The notes under the pieces: generated by a model
The model's database searches: none
Seen by the model: only the letters and a program-made list of their open reading frames with translations
What the model was told of the DNA's origin: nothing
Shown: positions 22,901 to 33,638 of the stretch, piece by piece
Position numbering within the stretch: position 1 is the stretch's first letter
Layout: every line of letters starts with the position of its first letter
Position numbers and translations under genes: made by a program
Assembly (NCBI RefSeq): GCF_001194135.2
Contig: NC_068988.1
Span: 26,824,516 to 26,858,153, forward strand
Origin: Octopus bimaculoides
Taxonomy: Eukaryota
Direction: 5' to 3'
DNA length: 33,638 nt

Positions 22901-23498
22901 TATAGAATAAATATAAACTCATACAAATAGCGACAAATATGAATAGGATAATAAAAAGCAGTTGTCTGTTATCAGTGGCGGATATATTGAGCAGGAGATA
23001 CATTGAGCGGAAAATTTTTAAAAAGAAGCTAAAAAACCATCAGAAACTTTATTGAAATTTCTTTCTTAGTGCATCAAATTTAGACATTGGTCAAATAAGC
23101 CTCTAACTGTATAATACTTGACAATACTGAACAAAGCCAAACTGATTTTTTTTTAAACAAAAGAAAAAAATTGACCCCAGCTGAGATGCCAAAACCGAAA
23201 ATCTGTTATAAATTGGGGTTATTTTCCGTCTATAGGGATACTTTTTACCTGATTTTTAAAGTTACTTTCACATATATTCTCCTGCATTCGAGATTTTCTT
23301 AAGTTTTAAAGATATGTCGCTCACTCGATGTTTCAACGTTTGTTTATAGAAAAAAATGTTCCATTATCGGTTACTTCATAGGAATTAAAACAAAGTTTTG
23401 AAAGCTGATCAAGGACCATCAAGAAAAAAATTTCCTATTAGAAATTTGAATTCTAACAAACGGTACTGTAATCGCCAAAGGTAATGTAAAAAGAAATA

Positions 23499-23970
23499 GG
23501 CAAATGCATGGCTGCGTAGTAAGATGTTTGCTCCCCAACCACATGGTTTCGGGTTCAGTCCCTCTGAGTGGCATATTGAGTAAATGTCTTATGCTATAAC
23601 CCCGGGTCAGACGAAGTTTTATGGGTGGATTTGATAGGCAGAAACTGAAAGACGCTCGTTGCATATATATATATATATGTGTGTGTGTGTGCGTGTGTGT
23701 GTGTATGTATGTGTGTGTGTGTGTATGAAGCGTGTGTACGTGTTAGCGTATGCATGTTTGTGTCTGTGTTTCTGTCTGTACCTCCACACCAATTGACAAT
23801 CGGTGTTGATTTGTTTAAGTTCCTGTGAACTAGCGGTTCGGCAAAAGCGGTCGTTAGAATTAATCTCAGATTTACATGAAATATCAGTATTGGGGTTTAT
23901 ATGTTCAATTAAAACCTTTCATGACAGTACCCCAGCATGGCCGCAGTCCACTGACTGAAGCAATTAAAAG
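23499..23970 (+). mobile_element. Full-length SINE family B with internal (TA)/(TG)n
   Basis: GCATGGCTGCGTAGTAAG...GGGTTCAGTCCC head; microsatellite at 23660-23760; CTAGCGGTTCGGCAAAA...CCCCAGCATGGCCGCAGTCCACTGACTGAAGCAA 3' end. Confidence 0.9.
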
Positions 23971-24454
23971 GTGAATTATAAATGATAAAAAGATAGAATG
24001 TTGGAGACATTAGAAATAATTATAAGCTACACACAACGCATAAAGAAAACCCCAGCATTTAGACATGTACACAACACAGGGAACATAACGCAGTTATCCA
24101 CTGCACAGATTTCGTAAAGCGAATTCAGGGCAATTGAAAACTCAAACACGAAACAAAAATTCTGCATGCATTTAATACGGAGAGCTTCCATCGGTTGTGC
24201 AATGAAAGCACGCAATAAAAATAAGTCGACTGAAATAATAACATAATGTTGATGGGGAATAATATATGTGCACTTATATATTTTGATAACTAATAGGAAA
24301 AAAGTTATATATTAATTCTAAAATTATTAAAAAGAAACAATATTTGTGTATGAAACCAGCAGACTAAAGTTAATACAAATATAATTAAAGTATGTAATTA
24401 GGGTGTATAGAATGAGTGGGGACAAATGATAATTTCAAATAAAAATTTTCTTCC

Positions 24455-24730
24455 ATTAAATATGATTCAGAATGGAATAATGCAGTTAAAATGATCTAGA
24501 TTATCTGAGAACACAATTATAGATTTTAGATTTTACTGTGATTAAAACTCATAACACTATTAAAGAACAATTCGCCTGGGACTTGGTTGCAGATAGTCAT
24601 AAGATCGTAGCTCTGAACTGGTTTGACTTGACATAATCATCAAAACCGAATGTTCGACATTTTTTTCTAATTACTGTGTTATGCATACGGATTCAAATTT
24701 CCATATGCAAATATATGTGCATTTGTGTGT
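24455..24730 (+). repeat. Dispersed direct repeat, copy 1 (paired with 27347-27640)
   Basis: Collinear shared blocks CTAGATTATCT, AATTATAGATTTT, CCTGGGA, TAATCATCAAAACC, GACATTT, TTCTAATTACT. Confidence 0.8.
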
Positions 24731-24732
24731 GT

Positions 24733-24792
<60 letters not shown>

Positions 24793-24857
24793 TGTTGGTG
24801 GAAATGAGCAATGAATTTAGTCATGAAATTTATGTTTGATAGGAATAGGATACTCAC

Positions 24858-24908
24858 CCAGGAGAGTCTCATACAAGAAGTCCAGAAGCCGTTTCCGCTT
24901 CATTTTCA
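24858..24908 (-). CDS. Candidate short exon (51 nt, phase 1-1, or first coding exon from ATG at 24903)
   Basis: Donor G|GTGAGTAT, acceptor AAATTCAG; open frame KMKRKRLLDFLYETLLG; no confident homology. Confidence 0.22.
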
Positions 24909-25671
24909 CTGAATTTCATTCTTCAAAAGGACGCACAGAGACATTCACACAGAGATATACTCACATATGAACACTTACATACGCACATACACATACATAA
25001 ATATGTATATATACAAATATATGCATGTATGTATATACACACATGGATGCAAAATATATACATATACATATATGCATATTGCAAATTCTTTCAACCAAAA
25101 CAGAATATTTTTAATAAAAAAATGCAATTTCATTTTGATTTTACATTAGATTTCAATCGCAACAAAAAATTTTTTTGTAATAAAAAAAATGTACAATTTA
25201 ATTTTGAATTTCTCATTAGATTATTTTTACTATTAAGAATTTTTAACCGAAACATGGAGATCTGTCAGAGCGAAATTCATACAAATAATAAACGATATGA
25301 TCTCTCAAATCAATAACGAAACAAATGCGATAGAAATATATAGCGAAATCAAAGAACGTCTGAAATAGAAAATTTGCAAAATCTCAAGTATCTGTTAGAA
25401 TAAAAACCTAAAACGATTATTTAAACAAAACAAACGACTCCGACTCCTTTCCAAAGCTGATTTTATCAAGGAAAAGATGAAAATAAAATAGAATTCAACA
25501 AATCACCAATAGCATGTCGAGTGGTGAGCCATAGAAACAAGAAGCAGCCATGAAGTCATTACCAAAGACTAGATTATTCAAAACAGCGAACGGTGCAATT
25601 GAATAATCGTGGAAGGGCATAATAATATCAGAAAATGCCTTAGCGTGAGCCAAGGATGAAAACTCACATTT

Positions 25672-25814
25672 CAGCACAAGGCCAGCAGTTTCGTCGAGTC
25701 CCGTGCGTAATCATCGATCCCAGTGCGTAACTGGTACTTACTTAATCGATCCGAAAGGATGAAAAGCAAAGTAGGCGTCCAGCGTGCTAACGATTCTACC
25801 ATCAAACCGCCTTA
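25672..25814 (-). mobile_element. SINE family A, internally deleted
   Basis: CCAGTGCGTAACTGGTACTT..CGAAAGGATGAAAAGCAAAG..GTGCTAACGATTCT..CCGCCTT parallels 10310-10461. Confidence 0.85.
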
Positions 25815-25817
25815 CTA

Positions 25818-25818
<1 letters not shown>

Positions 25819-25880
<62 letters not shown>
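25819..25880. repeat. (TAA)n microsatellite
   Basis: About 20 units, read directly. Confidence 0.99.
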
Positions 25881-25885
25881 TAAAT

Positions 25886-26029
25886 ATAAACGTATCTGTC
25901 AAGACCTACCAAAAACTGAGCAAATATAAAGATCTTGAAATAGAAATTAGCAAGATGTGGAATCTGAAGACGAAAACAATACCTATTGTCATAGGTGCCC
26001 TGGGAATGACAGCGAAACGGGCTGATTAC
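25886..26029 (+). mobile_element. 5'-truncated R4/Dong-like LINE, restriction-like endonuclease (RLE) C-terminal fragment; continues into the gap
   Basis: INVSVKTYQKLSKYKDLEIEISKMWNLKTKTIPIVIGALGMTAKRADY, uninterrupted; K..KY.DL..EI..MW and P(I/V)VIGALG are hallmarks of RLE-encoding non-LTR elements. Confidence 0.9.
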
Positions 26030-26994
26030 NNNNNNNNNNNNNNNNNNNNNNNNNNNNNNNNNNNNNNNNNNNNNNNNNNNNNNNNNNNNNNNNNNNNNNN
26101 NNNNNNNNNNNNNNNNNNNNNNNNNNNNNNNNNNNNNNNNNNNNNNNNNNNNNNNNNNNNNNNNNNNNNNNNNNNNNNNNNNNNNNNNNNNNNNNNNNNN
26201 NNNNNNNNNNNNNNNNNNNNNNNNNNNNNNNNNNNNNNNNNNNNNNNNNNNNNNNNNNNNNNNNNNNNNNNNNNNNNNNNNNNNNNNNNNNNNNNNNNNN
26301 NNNNNNNNNNNNNNNNNNNNNNNNNNNNNNNNNNNNNNNNNNNNNNNNNNNNNNNNNNNNNNNNNNNNNNNNNNNNNNNNNNNNNNNNNNNNNNNNNNNN
26401 NNNNNNNNNNNNNNNNNNNNNNNNNNNNNNNNNNNNNNNNNNNNNNNNNNNNNNNNNNNNNNNNNNNNNNNNNNNNNNNNNNNNNNNNNNNNNNNNNNNN
26501 NNNNNNNNNNNNNNNNNNNNNNNNNNNNNNNNNNNNNNNNNNNNNNNNNNNNNNNNNNNNNNNNNNNNNNNNNNNNNNNNNNNNNNNNNNNNNNNNNNNN
26601 NNNNNNNNNNNNNNNNNNNNNNNNNNNNNNNNNNNNNNNNNNNNNNNNNNNNNNNNNNNNNNNNNNNNTATATATATATATATATATTATTGTTTTTCTA
26701 CTAGTAACTACAAATAAAACAGTTTGAATTGCTTCTTTTCAAGGCCAAAGGAGTGCTCTCAGTGGTCACTGGTAGTAGTAAACACATTTCACCTCTGCTG
26801 ACCAAAAGGGTGGGAAGATTCTTTTGTCTCTATGGCTGACCTCACTACCGTCTGCCGAATCTATTTATAGACCTGTAGAATATGATCTATTCACCAAGCT
26901 CCTACGCAACTGCTTGAGATATCTATGATTATCTCAAGTACAAGACATAATTTGAAAATAAAGAACATTTAGTAAAATCTTTTAATAATAAATG

Positions 26995-27059
26995 GCAATA
27001 GTAATAATGATAACAATGATAGTGGTGGTGATGGTGATAATAATAATAATAATTATTAT

Positions 27060-27116
<57 letters not shown>

Positions 27117-27125
27117 TACAACAAT
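26995..27125. repeat. (TAA)n-rich array
   Basis: Read directly. Confidence 0.97.
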
Positions 27126-27346
27126 AGCAAAAACCAAAATTAATGCTGATGAAGAAAAATAGTTTTGCGCTGCATAATTTTATAATAAACAGGAATATCA
27201 TATATTAAATGTAAAATAGAAAAAAGAGATTCGTCTATGAAACTAACAGCTTCTAGTGATAGCAAGGAAAGAATAACAGAAATGCAAAATTAACGTAGAA
27301 TTAATGACAGAAACGGAACAAAGAAAACACAAACGAAAAAAATCAC

Positions 27347-27640
27347 ACATTAAATGAAAATTCAAAATATAACACAGCAGTGAAAATAACTAGATTATCT
27401 CCAGAACATAATTATAGATTTTTTTTTTACAGTGACCAAAGCAGCAACATTAAATATTAATCCTCCTGGGATATGGTGAGAGATAACCGTAATGAAATAG
27501 CTTAGACGTAATCATCAAAACCAAAACTTTGACATTTATTCTAATTACTACGTCATGCCTAACGATTCGAAACAGTGGCATTGAGGAAGTTGAAGCGTTA
27601 TTCCAAATACAAATATGTAGCAATTGAAATATTGAAGACA
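27347..27640 (+). repeat. Dispersed direct repeat, copy 2 (paired with 24455-24730)
   Basis: Same collinear blocks as copy 1. Confidence 0.8.
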
Positions 27641-27799
27641 GAGAATAAGAACAAAAAAATTAAAAACCGAGAGTATTTCTAATACTTTGAGCTCCGAAGG
27701 TACAGAATCACTTTGTGAAGTGGGTAGAAGATATGGTAGAAGAAGCACAGAAAATTGTGCTGTTGTTGGTAAGCGCTCATATTCAAAGACAGGCTTAAA

Positions 27800-27860
<61 letters not shown>

Positions 27861-28383
27861 NNNNNNNNNNNNNNNNNNNNNNNNNNNNNNNNNNNNNNNN
27901 NNNNNNNNNNNNNNNNNNNNNNNNNNNNNNNNNNNNNNNNNNNNNNNNNNNNNNNNNNNNNNNNNNNNNNNNNNNNNNNNNNNNNNNNNNNNNNNNNNNN
28001 NNNNNNNNNNNNNNNNNNNNNNNNNNNNNNNNNNNNNNNNNNNNNNNNNNNNNNNNNNNNNNNNNNNNNNNNNNNNNNNNNNNNNNNNNNNNNNNNNNNN
28101 NNNNNNNNNNNNNNNNNNNNNNNNNNNNNNNNNNNNNNNNNNNNNNNNNNNNNNNNNNNNNNNNNNNNNNNNNNNNNNNNNNNNNNNNNNNNNNNNNNNN
28201 NNNNNNNNNNNNNNNNNNNNNNNNNNNNNNNNNNNNNNNNNNNNNNNNNNNNNNNNNNNNNNNNNNNNNNNNNNNNNNNNNNNNNNNNNNNNNNNNNNNN
28301 NNNNNNNNNNNNNNNNNNNNNNNNNNNNNNNNNNNNNNNNNNNNNNNNNNNNNNNNNNNNNNNNNNNNNNNNNNNNNNNNNNN

Positions 28384-28440
<57 letters not shown>
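27800..28440. repeat. (CA)/(TA)n arrays flanking the gap 27861-28383
   Basis: Read directly. Confidence 0.98.
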
Positions 28441-28922
28441 ACGTTAACTCAGGTTTCCTATCGGCTCGTGTTATAATACTTCTTACATCAGCTTTTGGTT
28501 GTCATTTAATCTAGAAAGAACGATGTATTTCTCCTCAGTAAACGTAGTTTGCATTGAAACTTGGCATTAAGTGTGAGTAGCTTGAATAGCTACTTTCCAA
28601 CCGCTTCATATAACTGGCCAAGTGATCTTCTTAACAGTTGTGCGGAATTAATATCGATATAGATTCAATTCATACTTTTTCTAGACAGTTCGAAAACATG
28701 CAGCATCTGAACCCAATTCTATGTCCTACAATGGAGTATGTAGTAATTATGAGCGTATTTAAATTCGATACTTGATTACTGCATTTAACTCCTCTAACAA
28801 TGGATTTTTTGCATTTAGCCACTTTGTTTTTTGTTTATTTTGTCTCAATCTGTATTAATGTGAAAAGCTTCGGGGGATATTATTCATTATACTATGTCGA
28901 CGTGAATGAATTCTACGCCATT

Positions 28923-28967
<45 letters not shown>

Positions 28968-29659
28968 TGTTATTTCCTACCATAATGTATTTTCTTTACT
29001 CAATTTTTCTTTTTTGGTTACGCCAAACATTACACCGAAAAAAAATGAGAACCATCTGTTACTTATATGAATTTATTTTAATTACTTTGGATTCTGTCTT
29101 TTTTAATGTTATACGCTTTTTAACATTTCAACTAAACGCTGTACGTTATTGATTCTGTAAAGCAGATAGCGTCATTTTTATTAGTTTTCTATTAAATTGT
29201 TCAAACCTATTTTATTAGTTTTAATCGAAAAAAATCTCGCAAATACTTATTGCCCTGAGGTTGTTTATTTGTACAGGATATACATTTTTACATTTGATTT
29301 TTTTAAAATTAAGAATGAATACACACAGTGTAAACATTTTATTTAATTTTAATATTTATCATAATACCAATTTGTAAACTTGATATTTTTAAAGCAAATT
29401 TTGTAAATTAATACATGTTTATAACTAAAATTTATCTCTTTGAAAATAGAATATTTTATTTCGACATTAGAGCGAAATACTTTACAACTTTAGTTTTTAT
29501 AGCTTTTATCTAATAATTCCTGTTACGAGCATGTTAGTTCTGAAATTCAAGGATTTTATATTCATTGTTTTTGTCCTTCAGAACATTTCAGTCGCTCAAA
29601 TGTATGTTAAACTTCCTCCAATACAGTTACGATCTTTTTTTCAACTAACTTTTAAAATT

Positions 29660-30025
29660 CAACCGAGAGATGCCTGCCTGGGCTGATAAGAAGGCCGAGG
29701 CAACTATAATCAAGAACTGGATCAAAATGTCAATAATTTGATAGATATCACAATCCCATCTGAACAAGACATTTCTGGGAAGGAAGTAAACCTTTTCTGG
29801 AAGCTGGTGAAGAAAACGTCAAAGTACAAGAACCTTGAAATTGAAATATGTAGGATGTGGCGTAGGGACGTAAAAAACGTTGCCAGAATAATTATGGCGC
29901 TACGTACTATAAAACGAATTTCAAGAAGTATAAGCAAAAACCGCACCAGGATCACAACTTTACATACAATCAAAACAACAGCCTTGCTAAATATCACATA
30001 TATCCCCAACACATGCTTTCAGTTC
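29660..30025 (+). mobile_element. Older R4/Dong-like LINE RLE fragment
   Basis: LIDITIPSEQDISGKEV..KTSKYKNLEIEICRMW..IIMALRTI..IKTTALLNITYI; same domain as 25886-26029 plus the IDxxIP catalytic region and a KTALLGTxxI-like end. Confidence 0.85.
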
Positions 30026-30811
30026 GTTAGTACTATTGAAATAGTGACCTTTCTGTATTGTACACATCGATCTACATAACAGCTTTACATAATATTACAA
30101 CTTATACAACACATACTCAACGGAAACACCAACAAATAATACAGCACAATGCCTAATTCTAAATAACAAATAGCCGATCTTATAACTTCAATGACTCATA
30201 CACTACACAATCACCGATCAACACTAAAACACATGGCACTTATCATACAGTACATACGAAGTACAATCACCATTGCGTAAAACAGAACAACTCATACTCA
30301 TACTCTACAGCTCAAACGAAGCCTTAAAATAATAGCAGACAATTATTTTAACTAATTGAACTAGTGTAAAATCAAAACACTGTTCTACTGTACATCTCTC
30401 AGTAACACTTAATTTGCACTTGATCGCAACATCAACAGCATCAATAAATAAGAACAACGACGACAGGAACAACGAGGCTGCTCTTCTTTTGTTTGTATTA
30501 CTCGATACAGATAAAAAAAGGATGAGCTGTCCTCACCTCATAGGCATAGAGAATGGGTGGAAGTGTGTACGTTTCAGAAATATTGTGCTCACTGATAATC
30601 GTCACCTAAAGTCGTTGGTAATATGACCTTGCACTTGCATCCATGGTTATCCGAACCTAAGTACACTTAGACTTTCTACTCTTAGTATTACCATATTGGT
30701 ACTCTATATACCCATTATTGTGAGGTGATTATCGATTTTCCCACTCAAGCCCATATACGTCTCATTTTATATGGCTAACATGGAAAACAACATGGTAATC
30801 TGACATAATGC

Positions 30812-30843
<32 letters not shown>

Positions 30844-30853
30844 NNNNNNNNNN

Positions 30854-30884
<31 letters not shown>

Positions 30885-31584
30885 TGTATTCATTGTGACG
30901 GATACAAATGAACCGAATAATAAAGTTAAAGAAAATACTAAACGCAATTCTATCATTTCCTTCGCTTTCGTTCCAGAAAATATTCTGCAAGTGATCATAA
31001 GAGGCAGTTGCTTTTGATAACTTCTTTTTATTTCATCTTAAAGAGCAGCTCATGTATTCGTTATTCTACTGAAATAATGTAAAGATTTTGCTTATTTTGT
31101 ATCATAGCCATCAAACACTTGTATGTGGTTTGTAAGAAAATTACAATCGGATGAGTGATTTTTAGCTCTTTCATTATCTCAGGGACTGGTTTTTGTTGGT
31201 GAATTATGTTCGTTTTCTTCTTTAGCTTATGGTGCGATCAAAGGTTTCAACGACATACAAGAAACATTTCACAATCAATTGAGCATCATCAAACGACAAT
31301 GTCCATAAGTGCTGTATCATCAGTAAATAGTAAATAGAAAAAACAATTTGCCTTAAACAGAAGAATGACTTTGAATCAGGGTGATTAAATAAACCTCTTC
31401 TTTACAAAATAAAAATCTAATTCCCTTAATGAAGTCTTTGAAAATACAGCCAAAGATAACAGCGACACAATAAAGAGCAAACAATACAGAAACCAAGACA
31501 TAACCTTGCTTAGGATTCAGAAGATTTTATGCCTGAACAAACTATAACAAGAATATCTTTGTGAAAGGAAATAATATTTTTCAG

Positions 31585-31718
31585 GTACTCTGATTTCCTG
31601 TACTACTTTCAAGTGACCATTTCCTTTGCGTCGAAAATCTTGGAAAGCGCCATAAAAATAAAGTACGGTTGTTGGTTTTTCTACCGTGTATTGTCTGCAA
31701 CTTTTCCCAAAGAGAATA
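31585..31718 (+). CDS. Candidate internal exon of unknown gene (134 nt, phase 2-1)
   Basis: Acceptor ATAATATTTTTCAG, donor GTAAGT; open frame YSDFLYYFQVTISFASKILESAIKIKYGCWFFYRVLSATFPKEN; no recognised homology. Confidence 0.22.
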
Positions 31719-33451
31719 GTAAGTCTATCATCTAAATGGAAATTAGGACGCAGGGTAAGTTGATTCTACAAGGTGAATAACCAGACTGAAATACGAAAAG
31801 CCAGCATCTTTTTACACCATCACACGGAGTCATTGCACGTTCTTGTAAAGAAATCCTGAACGCCAACGGCCAGCAAACTTTTGGGATGTACAAAGAAAAA
31901 TAAAAGGAAAATAACTGTTGAAGATTTACAATTTAGCGTTTAATAAAAATACAAAATAGAAAAAGGCTGATCGCGTTGTTATGGCTGAGATTTTGAAGTA
32001 ACTGGACCGAAAAGAATAAGAGACAGAAAGTGGAATGTGGTACGCTAGCTTCGGAAAACTAGGTGTTTTGTAAGCGTGTGGATACATATACATGTATGTG
32101 TGCAATATATACATGTAAATATGCTATATAGCATGTACATGCACTATATAGCATGTGTATAGTATGTACATGTGCTATGTATATAGAATGTACATATTCT
32201 ACTTTTACAGCTTCAAAAATAGGTGAGATATAATTCCTTACGAATTTCTCTTCAGTATTTCGTTCTCCATGAGAATGCTTTTCTTTAGATGGTATTTTAC
32301 TTTAGAATATATACTATATATTCTTTTCATTATAATATTTAATTGTTCACGCTGTGAAACTAAGCTACTAACATCTTAGCCTTTTATTATAATAACATTA
32401 ATTCCGCCTGTCACAGAAATTAAACAGACCTAATATGATGTTTTGGTTCATAAAATACACAAGATTCAATGACTAAAACTTGTGACCTATTACACTAAAT
32501 TAGATGTAATAAAACGTATTCAATCGGTAATAAATTCTAGTGAAAAGCAACTGAATAGTTATAAATATATAAAACAGTTACTTAATGATTCACTTATCAG
32601 GAATTGTTTAACATTTCGAGTATAGTGTTAGCGTCTGGGTTCTATAAATTAGTTAAATATTAGTTTGAGTAGCTATATTCATATAAAAGAATTACGATTA
32701 TCACAAATATTATTTATTAGTGCATTTCAATCATATACTTTTCCGCACATCCATTATTGTTCATTTCTATCAACACCATGCAGAGAGTGAAAGTTATACA
32801 CAATAGAAGTTTACTGATTTTACCAACAAACGTTCATGTATTTCATGTTAAAACTAGTTTGACGTATTTACTGCCTGTTGAATGTTTTCGTTGGGATTAA
32901 ACAAATTATTCGATAAATGTTTAAATGCATGTGCCGCAGGCCTGTTTCTTTATGTAAATATATATTTCTTGAAATAATATTGCAATGGATTTCTACGGCA
33001 AACAATAGTTGTTCTTCTGTGAATTGGACTTAGCGATATTGATAACATTCCAAGCCAAGAAGCTTTGCATTACGCCACTTATTATTCAGTGGGCATTTAT
33101 GACACATTGCCAATAAACTTATCAACGACTCGAGGAATAATAATAAATATATCAGTATCGCTTCATACACAGTATCAAAACACTTTAGAAACAAATTCCT
33201 ACATATCAAATATTGCTTCTACACAGTAAGCCTAAAATACGGAGTGACAAAACTTGTCATCAATGCTTTTGAAAGCTACGCATGACCAAGTCAGTAAGAT
33301 ATCGGACATCTAACGTGCCAGTGGTCCGCATCACTCAGTAGATTGACCTTAAATCCATGGCCTAAAACAAATTACTCAAACGTCCAGTAACCGGAGCTAC
33401 GAATAGTTAGTGTAGTTTCAAACACGAAATCCATGTCGAAACCGCAAACCA

Positions 33452-33592
33452 GACGTGGCTATGTAGTAAGAAGCTTGCTTCCCAATCACATGGTTGCGAG
33501 TTCAGTCTAGGCAAGTGTCTTCTACTATAGCCTCGGTCCGACCAAAGCCTTGTGAGTGGGTTTGATAGACGAAAACTGAAAGCAATCCGTTG
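33452..33592 (+). mobile_element. SINE family B, 5' half, followed by microsatellite at the window end
   Basis: GTGGCTATGTAGTAAGAAGCTTGCTTCCCAATCACATGGTT..GAGTTCAGT..GGCAAGTGTCTTCTACTATAGCCTCGG..GAAACTGAAAG. Confidence 0.9.
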
Positions 33593-33638
33593 TGTGTGTG
33601 TATATATATATATCTTATATATATATATATATATATAT

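Noticed and set aside
24027-24230. Cys-rich 60+ codon minus-strand ORF after an acceptor-like site
   Set aside because: No recognisable motif; length compatible with chance.
27687-27800. Neuropeptide-like GRR/GRR/GKR cleavage motifs (LCEVGRRYGRRSTENCAVVGKR)
   Set aside because: No ATG or signal peptide, an upstream in-frame stop, and the frame runs into microsatellite; likely chance in an AG-rich tract.
28800-28985. Signal-peptide-like short ORF MDFLHLATLFFVYFVSICINVKS
   Set aside because: Hydrophobicity comes from T-rich composition; it ends in (TA)n with no good donor.

Overview
AT-rich, gappy eukaryotic (animal) genomic DNA with six N-gaps. It is dominated by microsatellites and decayed transposons. 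The repeat complement (two tRNA-derived SINE families, R4/Dong-type and RTE LINE relics, a Penelope-like element, Tc1/mariner relics, dense TA/TG/GA/TATG/GATA/TAA arrays) looks like an Octopus-type cephalopod genome; that assignment is an inference from pattern recall, not a search result. No host protein-coding gene can be identified with confidence, and nearly all ORFs in the supplied track are microsatellite or gap artefacts. The clearest real coding signal is missing from the track: an uninterrupted 115-codon Penelope-like reverse transcriptase segment (minus, 3-347) running off the window edge. It is joined through a 4x duplicated 9-mer to an oppositely oriented terminal repeat that carries a well-formed minimal type I hammerhead ribozyme (435-480), the best finding here. 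Also present: an internally deleted mariner with both TIRs, a tail-to-tail DD37D (maT) relic, two ~120-bp MITEs, a Dong-like endonuclease fragment abutting a (TAA)n array, SINEs with internal microsatellites, and several low-confidence splice-bounded open exon candidates.
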